Origin: Eledone cirrhosa | Lineage: Eukaryota | Assembly (NCBI GenBank): GCA_964016885.1 | Contig: OZ024744.1 | Coordinates: 70,246,001-70,310,000, forward strand | Length of the DNA stretch: 64,000 bases | Reading direction: 5' to 3' | Shown here: positions 15,241-29,717 of the stretch, piece after piece | How positions within the stretch are numbered: position 1 is the first letter of the stretch | Layout: each line of letters opens with the position of its first letter | Notes under the pieces: generated by a model | Told to the model about the DNA's origin: nothing | The model's input: only the letters and a program-made list of their open reading frames with translations | Database searches by the model: none | Program-made: the position numbers and the translations under genes

Positions 15241-15319
15241 ACAATGGAAGGTAATATCCGTAGTGGTAGAGCACTCAGTCCATGGAACGAGTTTGGTAGA
15301 AGTAGTAACACTATATATC

Positions 15320-15400
<81 letters not shown>

Positions 15401-15727
15401 AGATATATAGTGTTACTACTTCTACATATAGAACATAATAGAATATAAAAGAAAAACGAACACAGATATATAGATATATGTGTTCAAATCGTAAGGGACC
15501 AGATTCGCTAAGGTGAAAAGAATACTAACTATAGACATAGACAATTGGGTTTCCTTGTCTCAATTTAAGAAAAAAATCAAGAAAATAAATACAAACCGGA
15601 ATTGTGGTAACTACCGATCACCCACAGTGGGTGATGAATTAGACGGCTCGGAAGTATCTCTTTCTTAGAGTTATTTTGTTGTAAGAGACTATTTTGAGTT
15701 CCTAACTCAATATATACCTTTGATATA

Positions 15728-15786
<59 letters not shown>

Positions 15787-15840
15787 CCGATTCTTTGAAA
15801 CAATAATATTTCGCACATCCACATCGCATATATATATATA

Positions 15841-16052
15841 GGAACGAGTAGGACCCCGACGGCTGAGCTCAAGCCGTTTCGACGGCTAATTCTGGACTAA
15901 AGACTACTTTTTAGTCCAAAATTAGCCGTCGAAACGGGTTGAGCTCAGCCGTCGGGGTCCTACTCGTTCCTATTACCCACTCTACTACCCTAAGTATTGA
16001 GTACTTTGGTGCGTTATGGTCCACCTGGTTCCTTACCACATTTCCTTCGTTA
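15841..16052 (+). mobile_element. Family A fold-back element with 3' half hammerhead
   Basis: Inverted arms 15841-15900 and 15911-15970; GAA-ACGG(G)..GCCGT-C-GGGGTC. Confidence 0.8.
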
Positions 16053-16068
16053 TATATATATATATACA

Positions 16069-16106
<38 letters not shown>

Positions 16107-17126
16107 TATATATATATGTGTGTATATATACATATTCATACAAACATACATACATACCTACCTACATACATAATACATACATGATGACTGCCCCTCGTTA
16201 TCGAGTATGGCCATTGCACGATATGCCATTATTAATAATTATCAATTAATTCTATCGTGCAATGCCTGTGCGTGAAGATATTTTTAAAGTGAGGAAAGAC
16301 TGTGCACTGAGCCAATCCCACTCTCTGAGTGACAGTAGCTATAACCTGAAAAGAAGAAAAGATCATCATCATCGGTAACTACTGAGCCGCAGGTTTTACA
16401 TCGGAGTTTTCCTAGTTTCCTGATACATACATACATACATACATACACACATTCATACATACATACATACATACATAGATACACACATACATACCTACAT
16501 ACATACACACATACATACATACATACCTACCTACAAATATATACATACATACATACATACATACATACATACATACATACATACATACATACATACACAC
16601 ATACATACATACATACATACATACATACATACATACATACATACACACATACATACATACACACACACATACATACATACATACATACATACATACACAC
16701 ATTCATACATACATACATACATACATACATACATACATACATACATACATACATACATACATGCCTACATACCTACCTACAAATATATACATACATACAT
16801 ACATACATACATACATACATACATACCTACATACATACCTACATACATACATACATACATACATACATACACACATACATACATACATACATACATACCT
16901 ACCTACAAATATATATACATACATACGTACATACATATATACATACATACATACTTACATGCATGTATACATATGTTTATGTGAGTGTATGCCCTTGTAT
17001 GTGTGTATGTGTGTATGTGTCCAGTATGCTACACAGTTTTCGTAAGCGAGCTGTCACTTTTTCAGTCATATTCCTCGCAAAAATGTGTTATTTAAATAAA
17101 AAAAAATATCTTAACTACACACACAC

Positions 17127-17162
<36 letters not shown>

Positions 17163-17333
17163 GTGTGTGCGTGTGTGTGTGTGTACGTACGGACTGCATA
17201 CTCCTCAGGAGGTTCAGTGCCCGGTGTATATATAACTAACATTGCTTTGCAGAAGTCGATGTTAAAATATTTAAAAGTTCACAGTTCAGTTCAATAACGC
17301 ACATGATAGATATGCTTCAAGTGCATACACATG

Positions 17334-17377
<44 letters not shown>

Positions 17378-17502
17378 TGTGTGTGGGTGTGTGTGTGTGT
17401 GTGTGTGTGTGTATGAGTATATATATGTGTATATAGATGTAGATATATACAAATATGTAGATGTTTATATGCCTGTGCATGGTTGCATTTGTGTATGTGT
17501 GT

Positions 17503-17600
<98 letters not shown>

Positions 17601-17714
17601 ATAAACAACATGTACGGAAATATAGGAATATATTTCACATGCGAATATTATTTCTGATTTATATCATATATATTAGAAATCATATATATAAAAACATGCA
17701 ATGTGATATTACCG

Positions 17715-17755
<41 letters not shown>

Positions 17756-17765
17756 CTTATTTATA

Positions 17766-17813
<48 letters not shown>

Positions 17814-17815
17814 TA

Positions 17816-17849
<34 letters not shown>

Positions 17850-17862
17850 TTACTTATTTATA

Positions 17863-17941
<79 letters not shown>

Positions 17942-17985
17942 CTTATTTATATACTATATATATATATATATATATATATTATTTA

Positions 17986-18044
<59 letters not shown>

Positions 18045-18171
18045 AAGATGTTGAATAACCAACAAATTAAATATCTCTTTGCTTATAGATAAAGAGATAG
18101 ATAAATAGATAGATATTTGGATGGATGTACATATAAATATATGTGAGGGTGCGTGTGTGTATGTATGTATT

Positions 18172-18250
<79 letters not shown>

Positions 18251-18253
<3 letters not shown>

Positions 18254-18418
18254 TAAAATAAAAGATTAAAGTTTAAGCAAAGAATCGCCGCTTTAACGAT
18301 TCTTTGCTTAAACTTTAATCTTTTATTTTAATAAATATTTGCTCTTGGGTTCTTATATATTTGATATATATTTATCCTTATCGAGCCCTCTTTGGATTTT
18401 AGTCTACACATTTATTAT
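18251..18418 (+). mobile_element. Family C/D fold-back element
   Basis: Inverted repeat 18251-18331 plus tail shared with 6545-6637 and 51240-51330. Confidence 0.7.
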
Positions 18419-18600
18419 CGGTAGAGGGTCGGACGCCATGCTTTGACGTATGGAGTTACGGCCCTTGCCATTCAAATCCCAGTTCAAATCCCGCCGAGGT
18501 TAACTTTGCCTTTCATCCTTACGGGGTCGATAAAATAAAGTACCAGTAATGCACTGGTTAATTGCTGGCCTTGTGCCAAAAGTAGAAACAATTATTATTA
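18418..18600 (+). mobile_element. tRNA-derived SINE
   Basis: Major family. Confidence 0.9.
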
Positions 18601-18978
18601 CTATATATATATATATATATATATAAAACTTTTATCTGTTATTTTAATATATATACAAGGGCGGTGCCCCAGCATGGCCTCAGCCGGATGGCTGAAACAG
18701 GTAAAAGAGTAAAAGAGTATATATATATATATATATATGACAGGTAATGGACTGGGCGCTATTTATCCCGCTTGCCTGTGTTTTACGTTCAAATCTCGCC
18801 GACGGCAACTTAACCTCTCACCCTCTCGAAATCGATAAGTAAAGTTATCTTCCCCACCCCTCTATCAGTTTCTCGGAAAAAAATCGACGCGTGGACGCTG
18901 GAGAGGGATGTATTCCGCCATATTTAAAATCTCCAAACTATTCCCTCAAGTGTTAAAGACCCATGGATGCACATATAC

Positions 18979-19015
<37 letters not shown>

Positions 19016-19206
19016 TATGTATACGTACATACATATATGTATACAAACGTACAGTAGTATGTATATACATATACATACATGCACACATATATATAAGTAA
19101 CAGCCGTACTAAGAGTGGGAAATGAAATTTCGTTTCATTTTTCCGTTTATATATATATATATATAAATATATATATATACATATATACTTACACATATAT
19201 ATATAT

Positions 19207-19247
<41 letters not shown>

Positions 19248-19355
19248 GCATATTCATCATACATATACATATATATGTGTGTATATATATATATATACAC
19301 ATATATATAAATATATATAGGGCCACATGCGCGTGTGTATATAATATATATTTAT

Positions 19356-19385
19356 AAACATGTAGCCGGATGGTTTACAGGCGTG

Positions 19386-19461
<76 letters not shown>

Positions 19462-19490
19462 CACGCCTGTAAACCATCCGGCTACATGTT
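19356..19490. repeat. Perfect inverted repeat flanking (TA)n
   Basis: AAACATGTAGCCGGATGGTTTACAGGCGTGTGTTTT and its reverse complement. Confidence 0.9.
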
Positions 19491-19672
19491 TAGCGCGGGA
19501 AAGACACTTAGAATGAATTACTGAAAGTGAACCACTGAGTGTGAAAAAATGTTTTTTTCTGAATCACTGAGCTTATTAAAAGTTCTTTTGTTCACCTCTC
19601 AACACCCCTCGCACGCACACGCTCAAATACACAAACACACACATACACACACACATACACACACACTCATAT

Positions 19673-19738
<66 letters not shown>

Positions 19739-19841
19739 GGTCGTTTTGGAAGCCTTTACAATGCAGATTGATATATTAATTTATATATATATTATTCAAA
19801 ATATTAACAAATGAAGATATTCACATAATCAAAATATATGC

Positions 19842-19911
19842 TTTATTATATATATTTCAAAGGTACTGTGTTTTTTTTTGTTTTTTTTTCAGTACGTCTT
19901 CATCAGATAAA
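19842..19911 (-). ncRNA. Hammerhead motif, second copy of the 27721 family
   Basis: TTTAT-CTGATGA-AGACGTACTG..CAGTACCTTT-GAA-ATATATAT-A-ATAAA. Confidence 0.75.
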
Positions 19912-20512
19912 ATATAGGATTTGATATATGACATATTCCAGTATTAGCAGTGATTTATTTCATCAAATCTCAATGTTTGTATACCACAAATAATATGATA
20001 AACTTAAAGAAGAAAAAGACGTAGAGCAAATTAGAGATATGAGAGAGGGTGTAAAGAAGAAGAAAGGCAAGAAAAAATAAGTAAATACATACATAAATAT
20101 ATACATAAATAGATAAAAGAATGAATGAGTAAAATAAATATATAAAAAAAAGAAAAGAGGAATAACGACAAAAGATGGAAAGTGTAAGGAAAGTAAAAGG
20201 AACAGGGGGGGGGGGGGGGGTTAAAGAAAAATAAAGAAAAATAAAGGAACCATCAAATAGAGGGGGATAGACAAAAAAACCGTTGTTTTCAAATGCTAGA
20301 TCAAATAGGACATCAAATCAATTCAACTAAACAAATGAATATCTTTAGTATTTGATTATGCATTAGCTAATTATACTTATATACTTATATATTATATCAA
20401 AACTAATCAGTATAGATTATTTTATATATATATATATATATGTATTATATATATATATTATATATATATATATGTATATAAATATATATATATATACATA
20501 CTTACATATATC

Positions 20513-20545
<33 letters not shown>

Positions 20546-20572
20546 TTATATATATAATATATATATGCATAC

Positions 20573-20682
<110 letters not shown>

Positions 20683-21032
20683 TCACATAAATACATTATA
20701 TATATATACATATATATATTTATATATATACACATACACATACTTACACACACACATATATATATATATAGTTTTTTTATGTATTTTAATCAACTACCTT
20801 CTGATTTTTATTCCTATGTGTAGCTTGTCAACTATAATTGTATCGTTTTTAACACATGCCTATCTTTTTAATTGTTGTAATTGTTGCTGTTGTTGTTGTT
20901 AATTTTATGTTTATATGTGCAATGGGGGATGGGGAGATTTATTCTAGAGTTTCACCAAAGATTTATTTGTTGTTGTTATTTTTTTTTTTTTTGCACTTTG
21001 TTTTATATTGTTGTTGTTGTTGTTGTTTTTAA

Positions 21033-21115
<83 letters not shown>

Positions 21116-21379
21116 TTTATCTGATGTTATTAACATCGTAGCTGATGTTTCAAATTGTAAAGCTCCATTAAAATCATACTTTTTTATATTACACTACGTT
21201 ATGCTATGCTATGCTATGGTTATATTACCGTTATGCTACGTTGTGTTCCGTTATGCTCATATATTGTGCTAAGCTATGCTATTTTCTTCTCTTCTTTCTT
21301 TCATTCATTCTTTCTTTCTTTCCTTCTTTTTCTTTTTTCTTTGTTTTCTTTTTTTTTGCCATTCATATTTATTCCTCAC

Positions 21380-21609
21380 CTTCTTCTTCTTCTTCTTCTT
21401 CTTCTTCTTCTTCTTCTTCTTCTTCTTCTTCTTCTTCTTCTTCTTCTTCTTCTTCTTCTTCTTCTTCTTCTTCTTCTTCTTCTTCTTCTTCTTCTTCTTC
21501 TTCTTCTTCTTCTTCTTCTTCTTCTTCTTCTTCTTCTTCTTCTTCTTCTTCTTCTTCTTCTTCTTCTTCTTCTTCTTCTTCTTCTTCTTCTTCTTCTTCT
21601 TCTTCTTCT
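21380..21609. repeat. (CTT)n microsatellite
   Basis: Direct; produces the poly-L/S/F/E/R pseudo-ORFs. Confidence 0.99.
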
Positions 21610-22054
21610 ATCATTGTTATTATCATTATTATTATCATTGTTGTTGATCTTGTTGTTCTTGCTTATATTACTGCTCATGTTCGCTTCAGATGTGTTTGCT
21701 TCGGATCTGTAAGTTTCTTTGTTTGTTTTTTTTTCATTTGTTTATAAAATCTATATTGTTAAAATGTTGTTAAATTTTTTTAATAAAGTGGTCTACTTCG
21801 TTTTTTTACAAAAAGGGGAAACCTTTAACACTTCTACCGTTAGGGGGAACAACAGTATTTCAAATATAAACACGTCGCTATTTTTCAGCAAAACAAATGG
21901 AGGCAAAAAAAAAAAAAATCCTCCCACTTGAACAATAGGGCGAAAGACCCTCAATTGTTCACTTATCGTAGAGAAGAGCCAAATAGTATATCTCATTGAT
22001 TGCCAGTATTCTAATAACCACTTCTAAAAATGAAATTAACAGCAATAACAAAAA

Positions 22055-22317
22055 CAGCATTTGCATGTCATGCTTATCCCGGTTTCATGGCATGAAGCGA
22101 CTGAGAGTACAAAACTCACCCCCTGGACAGTACTCCAGTCTATCCCAGGGTTAAATCCCCAGTTATTGCTGGAACTCATTTTCAGCTGAGTATACTGTAG
22201 CAACGTGAAATGAAGTGTTTTGCTCAAGAACACAACATGCAACCAAGCCCAGAAATCGAACCCACGAGATTATGATTATAAGTTCAACACCCTTACCACT
22301 AGGCCACGTGCCTTCAC
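22055..22317 (-). mobile_element. Second tRNA-derived SINE family
   Basis: A box TGGCCTAGTGG, B box GGTTCGATTTC, GTGTTCTTGAGCAAAACACTT core; partial copy at 49205-49335. Confidence 0.8.
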
Positions 22318-22619
22318 ATTTCGAACTCAGCAAACAGCTAGAACAATGCTCCAATAAAAATAGCACTAACAACAACTACAGCCATAAGAACAAAGGCGAA
22401 GACACCGTAAACAACCAAGCAGCACAACCACACACTAACATGTCAGCGTGTAACACTACCCCTCAGACTAAAGATAAAAACGTTACGACTGCGAATACCC
22501 CTATTAACAGTGTTACGACCACGACAGACTCGTCTTTTACCAAAGGGGTCAAAGTGACAAACACTGTCCAAATAACATTTTACCAGGACCATGCAGTTCG
22601 TAGCAAGTCGGCCGAGCCA

Positions 22620-23110
22620 TGTCAATGTCTACGCCAAAGCAAGTTCTCTGGGGCACAGGAAAATTAACTATTATATGCTAGTGCTCGAGAGAACACAAAA
22701 GGAGCAAATCGAAAAATGCCTCTGGTCAATCTGGGACATTAAATCCTGTAGAAGGCAAGGAAAAATATGAAGCATAGTGGAGCTAAGGTTCACAAATGCC
22801 AGGAAACACTCCTCCACAATCACGTTTAAAAATGATAAAGCCGCCCTCAATTTAATGAATTGCGCGAAAAGAATTTCAAAAACAAAAATAAAAATAAAAA
22901 AATGAAAAAAAGACGTAGCTTCTGCTGGCTTGTAGGGTTAGAATAAAAAAAATATATTCCAGGTTCAGAAGCTGGGTAGGCACAGGAATGGCACCTAGCT
23001 GCTCGTGGTAGTGGACATTAGAAGGCCAAGATGTCACGTTCTTGTGCCAACACATCTATTCACAAAATCAAGTAAAGGGTGTGCGAAAACTCTACTAACG
23101 ACCCCAACAC
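22620..23110 (+). pseudogene. Possible degraded Tx1/L1 ORF1 fragment
   Basis: VLERTQKEQIEKCLWSIW resembles VERATESQIQKALGCVW in ORF1 at 35430. Confidence 0.4.
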
Positions 23111-23150
23111 CCCGCACCCTCAACAGCAACAACAGCAGGAACTGAAGAAA

Positions 23151-23187
<37 letters not shown>

Positions 23188-23478
23188 TGTGAGTGTGTAC
23201 ATGTAGATATATATATATATATATACACACATATAAACGTATATATACATATACTTATATACATATATATTTATCGAAATTGGGGAGTGGCATATCCTGA
23301 GATGTTATGCAATTGTTGATGTTGTTGCTGCTATTGTTTGTATTGTTGTTGTTTTCTGCAGTTTCTTCAGTTCCTGCTGTTGTTGCTGTTGAGGGTGCGG
23401 GGTGTTGGGGTCGTTAGTATATATATATATATATATATAATATAAAATCAAAAGATGGTTAAAAGAGTTCCATGCATT

Positions 23479-23541
23479 TTAGTATGCGCATTTCAAAAAC
23501 AAATATCATCATGGGATGATATTTGCGTTCTCATCAGATAA
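23479..23541 (-). ncRNA. Hammerhead motif (family F)
   Basis: TTAT-CTGATGA-long hairpin CAAATATCATC/GATGATATTTG-GAA-ATGCGCAT-A-(C)TAA. Confidence 0.7.
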
Positions 23542-23668
23542 TTTTATATTATTTATACTCCAGTCCTATAAACTGCTGAGTGCTGCTTATCCGATATTTG
23601 CATTACTTTATTGTGCTACAATAAAACTCACCTCCTACATATATATTTATATACATATATATATATAT

Positions 23669-23735
<67 letters not shown>

Positions 23736-24058
23736 GCTCAGTCCGGCAAAACTGCTTCCTCTCGTCTCTTCAGAGAAGAGGGTGCACCTTCCTAAGTTGC
23801 TCTTGGTTACTGATCTATGGGGCTCCCAAATTACCCCTGGGGATGTTCCCCTTATTGGGTAATTCCGTTGTTTTAATTTATAGATATTTTGTTATCTATT
23901 TTCTTTCTTTACACGATGAATTATGCGTAAATCCTTACTGTCCTTGCCTATTTCTATTGTCCCTTGCTTTTCGGTCCTAGTGGCCAATAAAGAAAGAATT
24001 ATTATTATTATTAAAATAAAGAAACCATTATTTTTATTATTATCATACGGTTTATTAT

Positions 24059-24485
24059 GGCGGTGGATTGGCAGTATCGGTAGAGGGTCGGACGCCATGC
24101 TTTGCAGCAAAGAGTTACGGCCCTTTATGGTCTGAGTTCAAATCCCGTTGAGGTTAACTTTGCCTTTCATCCGTCCAGGGTCTATAAAATAAAGTACCAG
24201 TAATGTACTGATATAATTGTTGGCCTTGTGCCAAAAGTAGAAACAATTATTATCATAAGGTTGGTGGATTGTCAGAATTGTTGGAGCATCGAACAAAATA
24301 CCTGTATAGTCTTTGTTCCAGCCTTCTACACTGGTTTCAAATCCCGTTGAGGTTAACTTTGTCTTTCATCCTTCCAGGGTCGATAAACTAAAACACCAGT
24401 AAACTACTGTGGTCGATATAATCGGCATCTCCTCCCCAAAATTACTGGCTTTGGGCCTTAAGTAAAAATTATTATTATTATTATC
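24059..24485 (+). mobile_element. Two tandem tRNA-derived SINEs
   Basis: Major family plus diverged long variant. Confidence 0.85.
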
Positions 24486-26044
24486 ATCCTCATTTTCTTC
24501 TTTTGCATTACTTCTTCCATCTTTTTCTCTCTACTCTCTCACCTTCATCCTCGTTGTCAGTACCATCCACCCCGTTCCATTTCTGTGAAAATGTGGGTGG
24601 GTTGCGGTACAGTTATGGTTTACGGTTTACAGTTGTGACCCGCACAACGCATCGCCCATCACACTTTATGCACTCATCACTATCCACTATCCACCAATCA
24701 CCCTCTTTCTCTATTCCACAACCTTCCCATGACAAGGTCAGTGGCCTCATTCAATCTAACACTACATCTGGCTAGATTCTTATTAACTTTCGAAATCTAG
24801 GTCTCTTTCAAGACCCCTTCTATAAGATAAGGATTTGCAAGGGCTGTTTTTGTCATTCTGGAGGGAATAGTAATAGAATTTTGACCCTATTCACAAAGTG
24901 TTTCTGTGTATGTGTGTGATCAAAAATAAGTCGTTTTTTTTTCTTCTAGACGTAGAAATGGTTTGTGTATTTGTGTATGTATGTATGTATGTATGTATGT
25001 ATGTATGTATGTATGTATGTATGTATGTATGTATGTATGTATGAATGAATGTATGTATGTATGTATGTATGAATGAATGAATGTATGTATGTATGTATGT
25101 ATGAATGAATGAATGTATGTAGTATGTATTATGTATGCACACATAAATATAAATATATATGTCTCTCACTCTCTCTCTCTCTATATATATATATAATTTA
25201 TATTATGTGTATATATTTACACATAATTTATACATTTTATATTTATGTGTGCATACATAATACATACTACATACATTCATTCATACATACTTAATGATAT
25301 ATATATATATATGTATATACACTACGCATATATAAACAAACACACACACACTCACACACACACATATATATATGTATGTACATATATATATATATACATA
25401 TATATATATAATCATGCACATAAATATTTATATACCATCATACCATATGTATATGTAATATACATAAATTACACCATATGTATACATAATATATATGTGT
25501 GCATGTGTGTGTGAGTATGTGTGAACATTTGTAGCATATAGACATATAATATATATTTATATATGGTGCATGTATATATATGTGTATATATATATATGCA
25601 CATACACATACATATACACATATACACATACATATACACATACACATCGACAAAGTCATACACCGACTGCACCCCCACCCCCACCCCCACACACACATAC
25701 GAGATTAAATACTTGGTATCTTAAACTTGTTTTAACATCTGCAACTTAGAAGAAATATCTTAATAAGCGTAAAAAGACTTTTGCATATGTTATTGAATAC
25801 ATCGAATATGAATTAAAGTCAACGTTAAGACATATAATATTTACATTGTTCCTGTATTTATGTATAGATTAGATTTTGTCACCTGGTCTGCAAAAATAAC
25901 GTCAACATTGAAGTATATCAAAACCATGTGTTGGGATTTATTACTGCTAAACATTTAACTTTCAGAGTTAAAATATTACATTTTTAATAAAATCAAAAGC
26001 ATCTCTCTCAAACTATTCTAGCCACATCAAACGCTCAACTTGTG

Positions 26045-26430
26045 ATCTCTGTAAAATCGATTTTGAGTGCGTGATACCCTAGCAAAAAGAAACAAAGGAC
26101 ATTTCAAGAGTAAATGGAAAGACAAGGTCATAAAGTGTTCTCAATGTCAATCGCAGACAGAACTCAGTGGAATGGCAATGAATAGGGTGTCTCACCAAAA
26201 TCTGTCTTGTAGGTGTGATACTCTGGAAAAAGAAACAAGATATCACAAAGATAGATGCAGAGACCAGATCATTAATATTAATCAGAGGCAATGAATAAGG
26301 GTTAGTGGGGTATCTCTCTAAAATCTGTCTTGTAGGTGTGATACCCTGGAAAAAGAAAGGGAGACCACCCCAATGGAAGATGCTGGGACCAGGAAGTAAA
26401 ATGTTTCAATGTTAATCAAGGGCAGAATAG
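26045..26430 (+). repeat. Diverged tandem repeat, about three units of 120-140 bp
   Basis: Recurrent AAAATCTGTCTTGTAGGTGTGATAC.CTGGAAAAAGAAA. Confidence 0.7.
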
Positions 26431-26452
26431 GAAGAAATCGAAGATATATATA

Positions 26453-26580
26453 CATAATTGTTTCTACTTTTGGCACAAGGCCAGCAATTACCCAGTACAT
26501 TACTGGTACTTTATTTTATCTACCCCGTAAGGATGAAAGGCAAAGTTAACCTTGGCGGGATTTGAACTCAGACCGTAAAG
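26453..26580 (-). mobile_element. Truncated tRNA-derived SINE
   Basis: Major family. Confidence 0.85.
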
Positions 26581-27075
26581 ATATATATTCATAATGTTTC
26601 GTACTTTGTTGTAAACGGAAACAATAAATACAAAGAAATCCACGTATCACCTTTCCATCTCATTGGATATAAAAGACACATTCTCCCAGTTAACAAGACC
26701 TGTTCTAGTATGGCTGGTGACCAAACACGACCGGATTTCAGCAAGTTTGGTAGTTATTTTATTCTTTCACAGCTTTTGAAATGCAGCGATACTAGGGGTA
26801 CTATCTTGAAACAGCTTATTTGATTATATCGACACCAATACTTTTTGGTATCTCGAGGTTTGGTATCAAGTTTGATATCTCAAATGTAGATGGGTTTATT
26901 CTACCTATGTATATATCTGTGTGTTTGTCTGTCAGTCTGTCTGTCTTCTAATTGCTATTTTGTTTTATTGTCTTTCTCGTCCGGGATAGATAGATACATT
27001 GGTAGATATACAAAAATAGCGAACTATTGATTGACAGTCAGACCAACAAATAGGCAGACAAATAGTGAGATGGGC

Positions 27076-27165
<90 letters not shown>

Positions 27166-27281
27166 ATAGTATATTTGGCAATATACTGTATGTTTAATTA
27201 AAAAAATTTAGAAGACCATTCGCTATGAGTTTTAAAGTAGTGACTATGTCACTTACTTGTTCTCGGCAAAAACAACAGAGA

Positions 27282-27327
27282 GTGGCCGACAGACTGTTTC
27301 TCGCTTGTGAGCGTTTATCAAGATCAC
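27282..27327 (-). ncRNA. Hammerhead-like motif with U3-A8 core (TTGATAA)
   Basis: GTGATC-TTGATAA-A-CGCT(CACA)AGCG-A-GAA-ACAGTCTGT-C-GGCCAC. Confidence 0.55.
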
Positions 27328-27382
27328 ACACTCCGCTGCCTTTGCCGAGAATTATAGAAGCTGGATTGATATAGAATTCCAG

Positions 27383-27497
<115 letters not shown>

Positions 27498-27596
27498 CAC
27501 ACGCGTATAAAGGCTAAGAAACATGATTTCATAGCCCACAACACGATACGCAATAAACAGTCCAAAGTTTAATCCAATGGATAAATTCCCAGAGCA

Positions 27597-27679
<83 letters not shown>

Positions 27680-27720
27680 CAAAATATTAATAAATGAAGA
27701 CATTCACACATAATCAAAAT

Positions 27721-27792
27721 ATATATTTTATTATATATATTTCGGAGGTACTGTGGTGTTTTTTCAGTACGTCCTCATCAGATAAAATATAT
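27721..27792 (-). ncRNA. Intact type I hammerhead ribozyme
   Basis: 11-bp stem I ATATATTTTAT/ATAAAATATAT, CTGATGA, stem II GGACGTACTG/CAGTACCTCC, GAA, ATATATAT, A; within inverted repeat 27672-27939. Confidence 0.88.
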
Positions 27793-28031
27793 GAATTGAT
27801 GTATGACATACCTTAACTGTCTTGAAAAAACAGCCCAATACTTCCGAAAAAACAGCACAGTACCTCCGAAATATATATAATAAAACATATATTTTGATTA
27901 TGTGTGAATGTCTTCATTTATTAATATTTTGAATAATATTAATAACTCCAGAAAACTTTTATTGTAGAGTGCTTTTAATCTATTGTAAAACTATATTCAT
28001 TGAGTAATCAGTGAACCATATTAATCTTTGG

Positions 28032-28107
<76 letters not shown>

Positions 28108-29478
28108 GAAAGTTTAGACAAGGATCGTTATATGAACATTTAATAGATTTACGAATGTTTCACTAGATTAAAAGAAATGAAGAGACAATTCCATTAAGAA
28201 TAACTCATCATAATCAATTAAATACAAATAATTTGCCTTAGGTGTGTAAAAATATACCAATCTTCGCTTTTTCTCCCATTAGTATATATTAAAACATGTA
28301 AGTTAAATTATTTGTATTTACTTGATATCTGAACTATTTTACAGGAATGGACTCTTCATTCCTGCTTGCCAAAACGTAGGTAAATCTATCAAATGTTTTA
28401 ATAAAACTCCTTGTCTAAACTTTCGTTTGGTGGTGGTGGTCGTGGTCGTCGTCGTAGTGATTATAGTAGTGTTTGTGGTGGTGGTGGTGGTGGTTACAGG
28501 CGGGGAAGAAACTAGTGTGAAGTAAGCAAATAAAATAAAAGTAATGGAAATATTAAAAGACCAGAAAGATAACTACAAAGAATTACAACTTTGGTTAAAA
28601 TAAACAAAACACAAATTAATACAATGATTACACGTGAACATGTTTTATGTCATTTCAGCGTGCTGTCTACTTGGTCAGTTACAGTTCAGTGTGTAGTCTC
28701 CTCAACTACAAAATCCTAACCCTAACCATAACCTGCTAAACAGGTCAGGAAGACAACAGATACTGCGATAGTCGGCATATTAATATAGCATCACGTTTGT
28801 GTGGTTCGAATGCAAATTAAATTGAATTAAATCTTTAAATTAATTTTAAAGTGAGAAAGATTTCAGACAAAATTGGCATGGAATTGATACAGTACTGATA
28901 AGAGAAGGAGTTAGGGTATGGTTAAGGAACTAATGCGAATAAAGATACAAAAGTAGAAATTTAATTGCACATTTAGAAGTTGCTATAAAAGTAACAAGGG
29001 AATTGAGTCAGCGATAGTTAAGAGGGATCGGTTTGCTGGGAGTGTAAAATGGTTGGGGGCAAGGGACTGGGTTTGTCGGGAAATATAACGTTTGAAATAC
29101 AAAGTAAATTGAATCATATGAATGTAGGACGGAGAAATTATAAGTACATAAAAAAAGGAAATATAGGAAATAAAGGCTACTACGAGATTGACACGTATTA
29201 TAGGAATGGTCAAAACATAGTGTGTTGAAAGTGGCATGAGAGTGCCAACAGAAGTTCTAAGAATATATAATTTGTAATAATACAAAAACGAGGAAGTGAC
29301 AGTGGGAGTTTGGTTCCATTGTGTTCGGACCTGGTGTGTGTGTGTATACACACACACAAACACATATGTATATATATATATATGTATATAGTAAAAAATT
29401 TGAACGGGAACAAAACAGAGAGGCAGTACGAACAAAGGTTTATTAGTTTCGCGCTCTTGAGAGTGGAGTGATGGTGGG

Positions 29479-29525
<47 letters not shown>

Positions 29526-29528
<3 letters not shown>

Positions 29529-29717
29529 CAAAGGAATTGTGGTAAGGAACCCAGATGGACCATAACACACCAGAGTACTCAATACTTAGGGTAGTAGAGT
29601 GGAAATTAGGAAAACGTATGACCCCCGACAGCAGAGCTCAAGCCGTTTCGACGGCTATTTCTGGAAATAGCCGTCGAAACGGCTTGAGCTCTGCCGTCGG
29701 GGTCATACGTTTTCCTA
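29526..29717 (-). mobile_element. Family A fold-back element
   Basis: Inverted arms centred near 29663. Confidence 0.8.

Noticed and set aside
21206-21747. Poly-L/S/F/E/R ORFs
   Set aside because: (CTT)n repeat.
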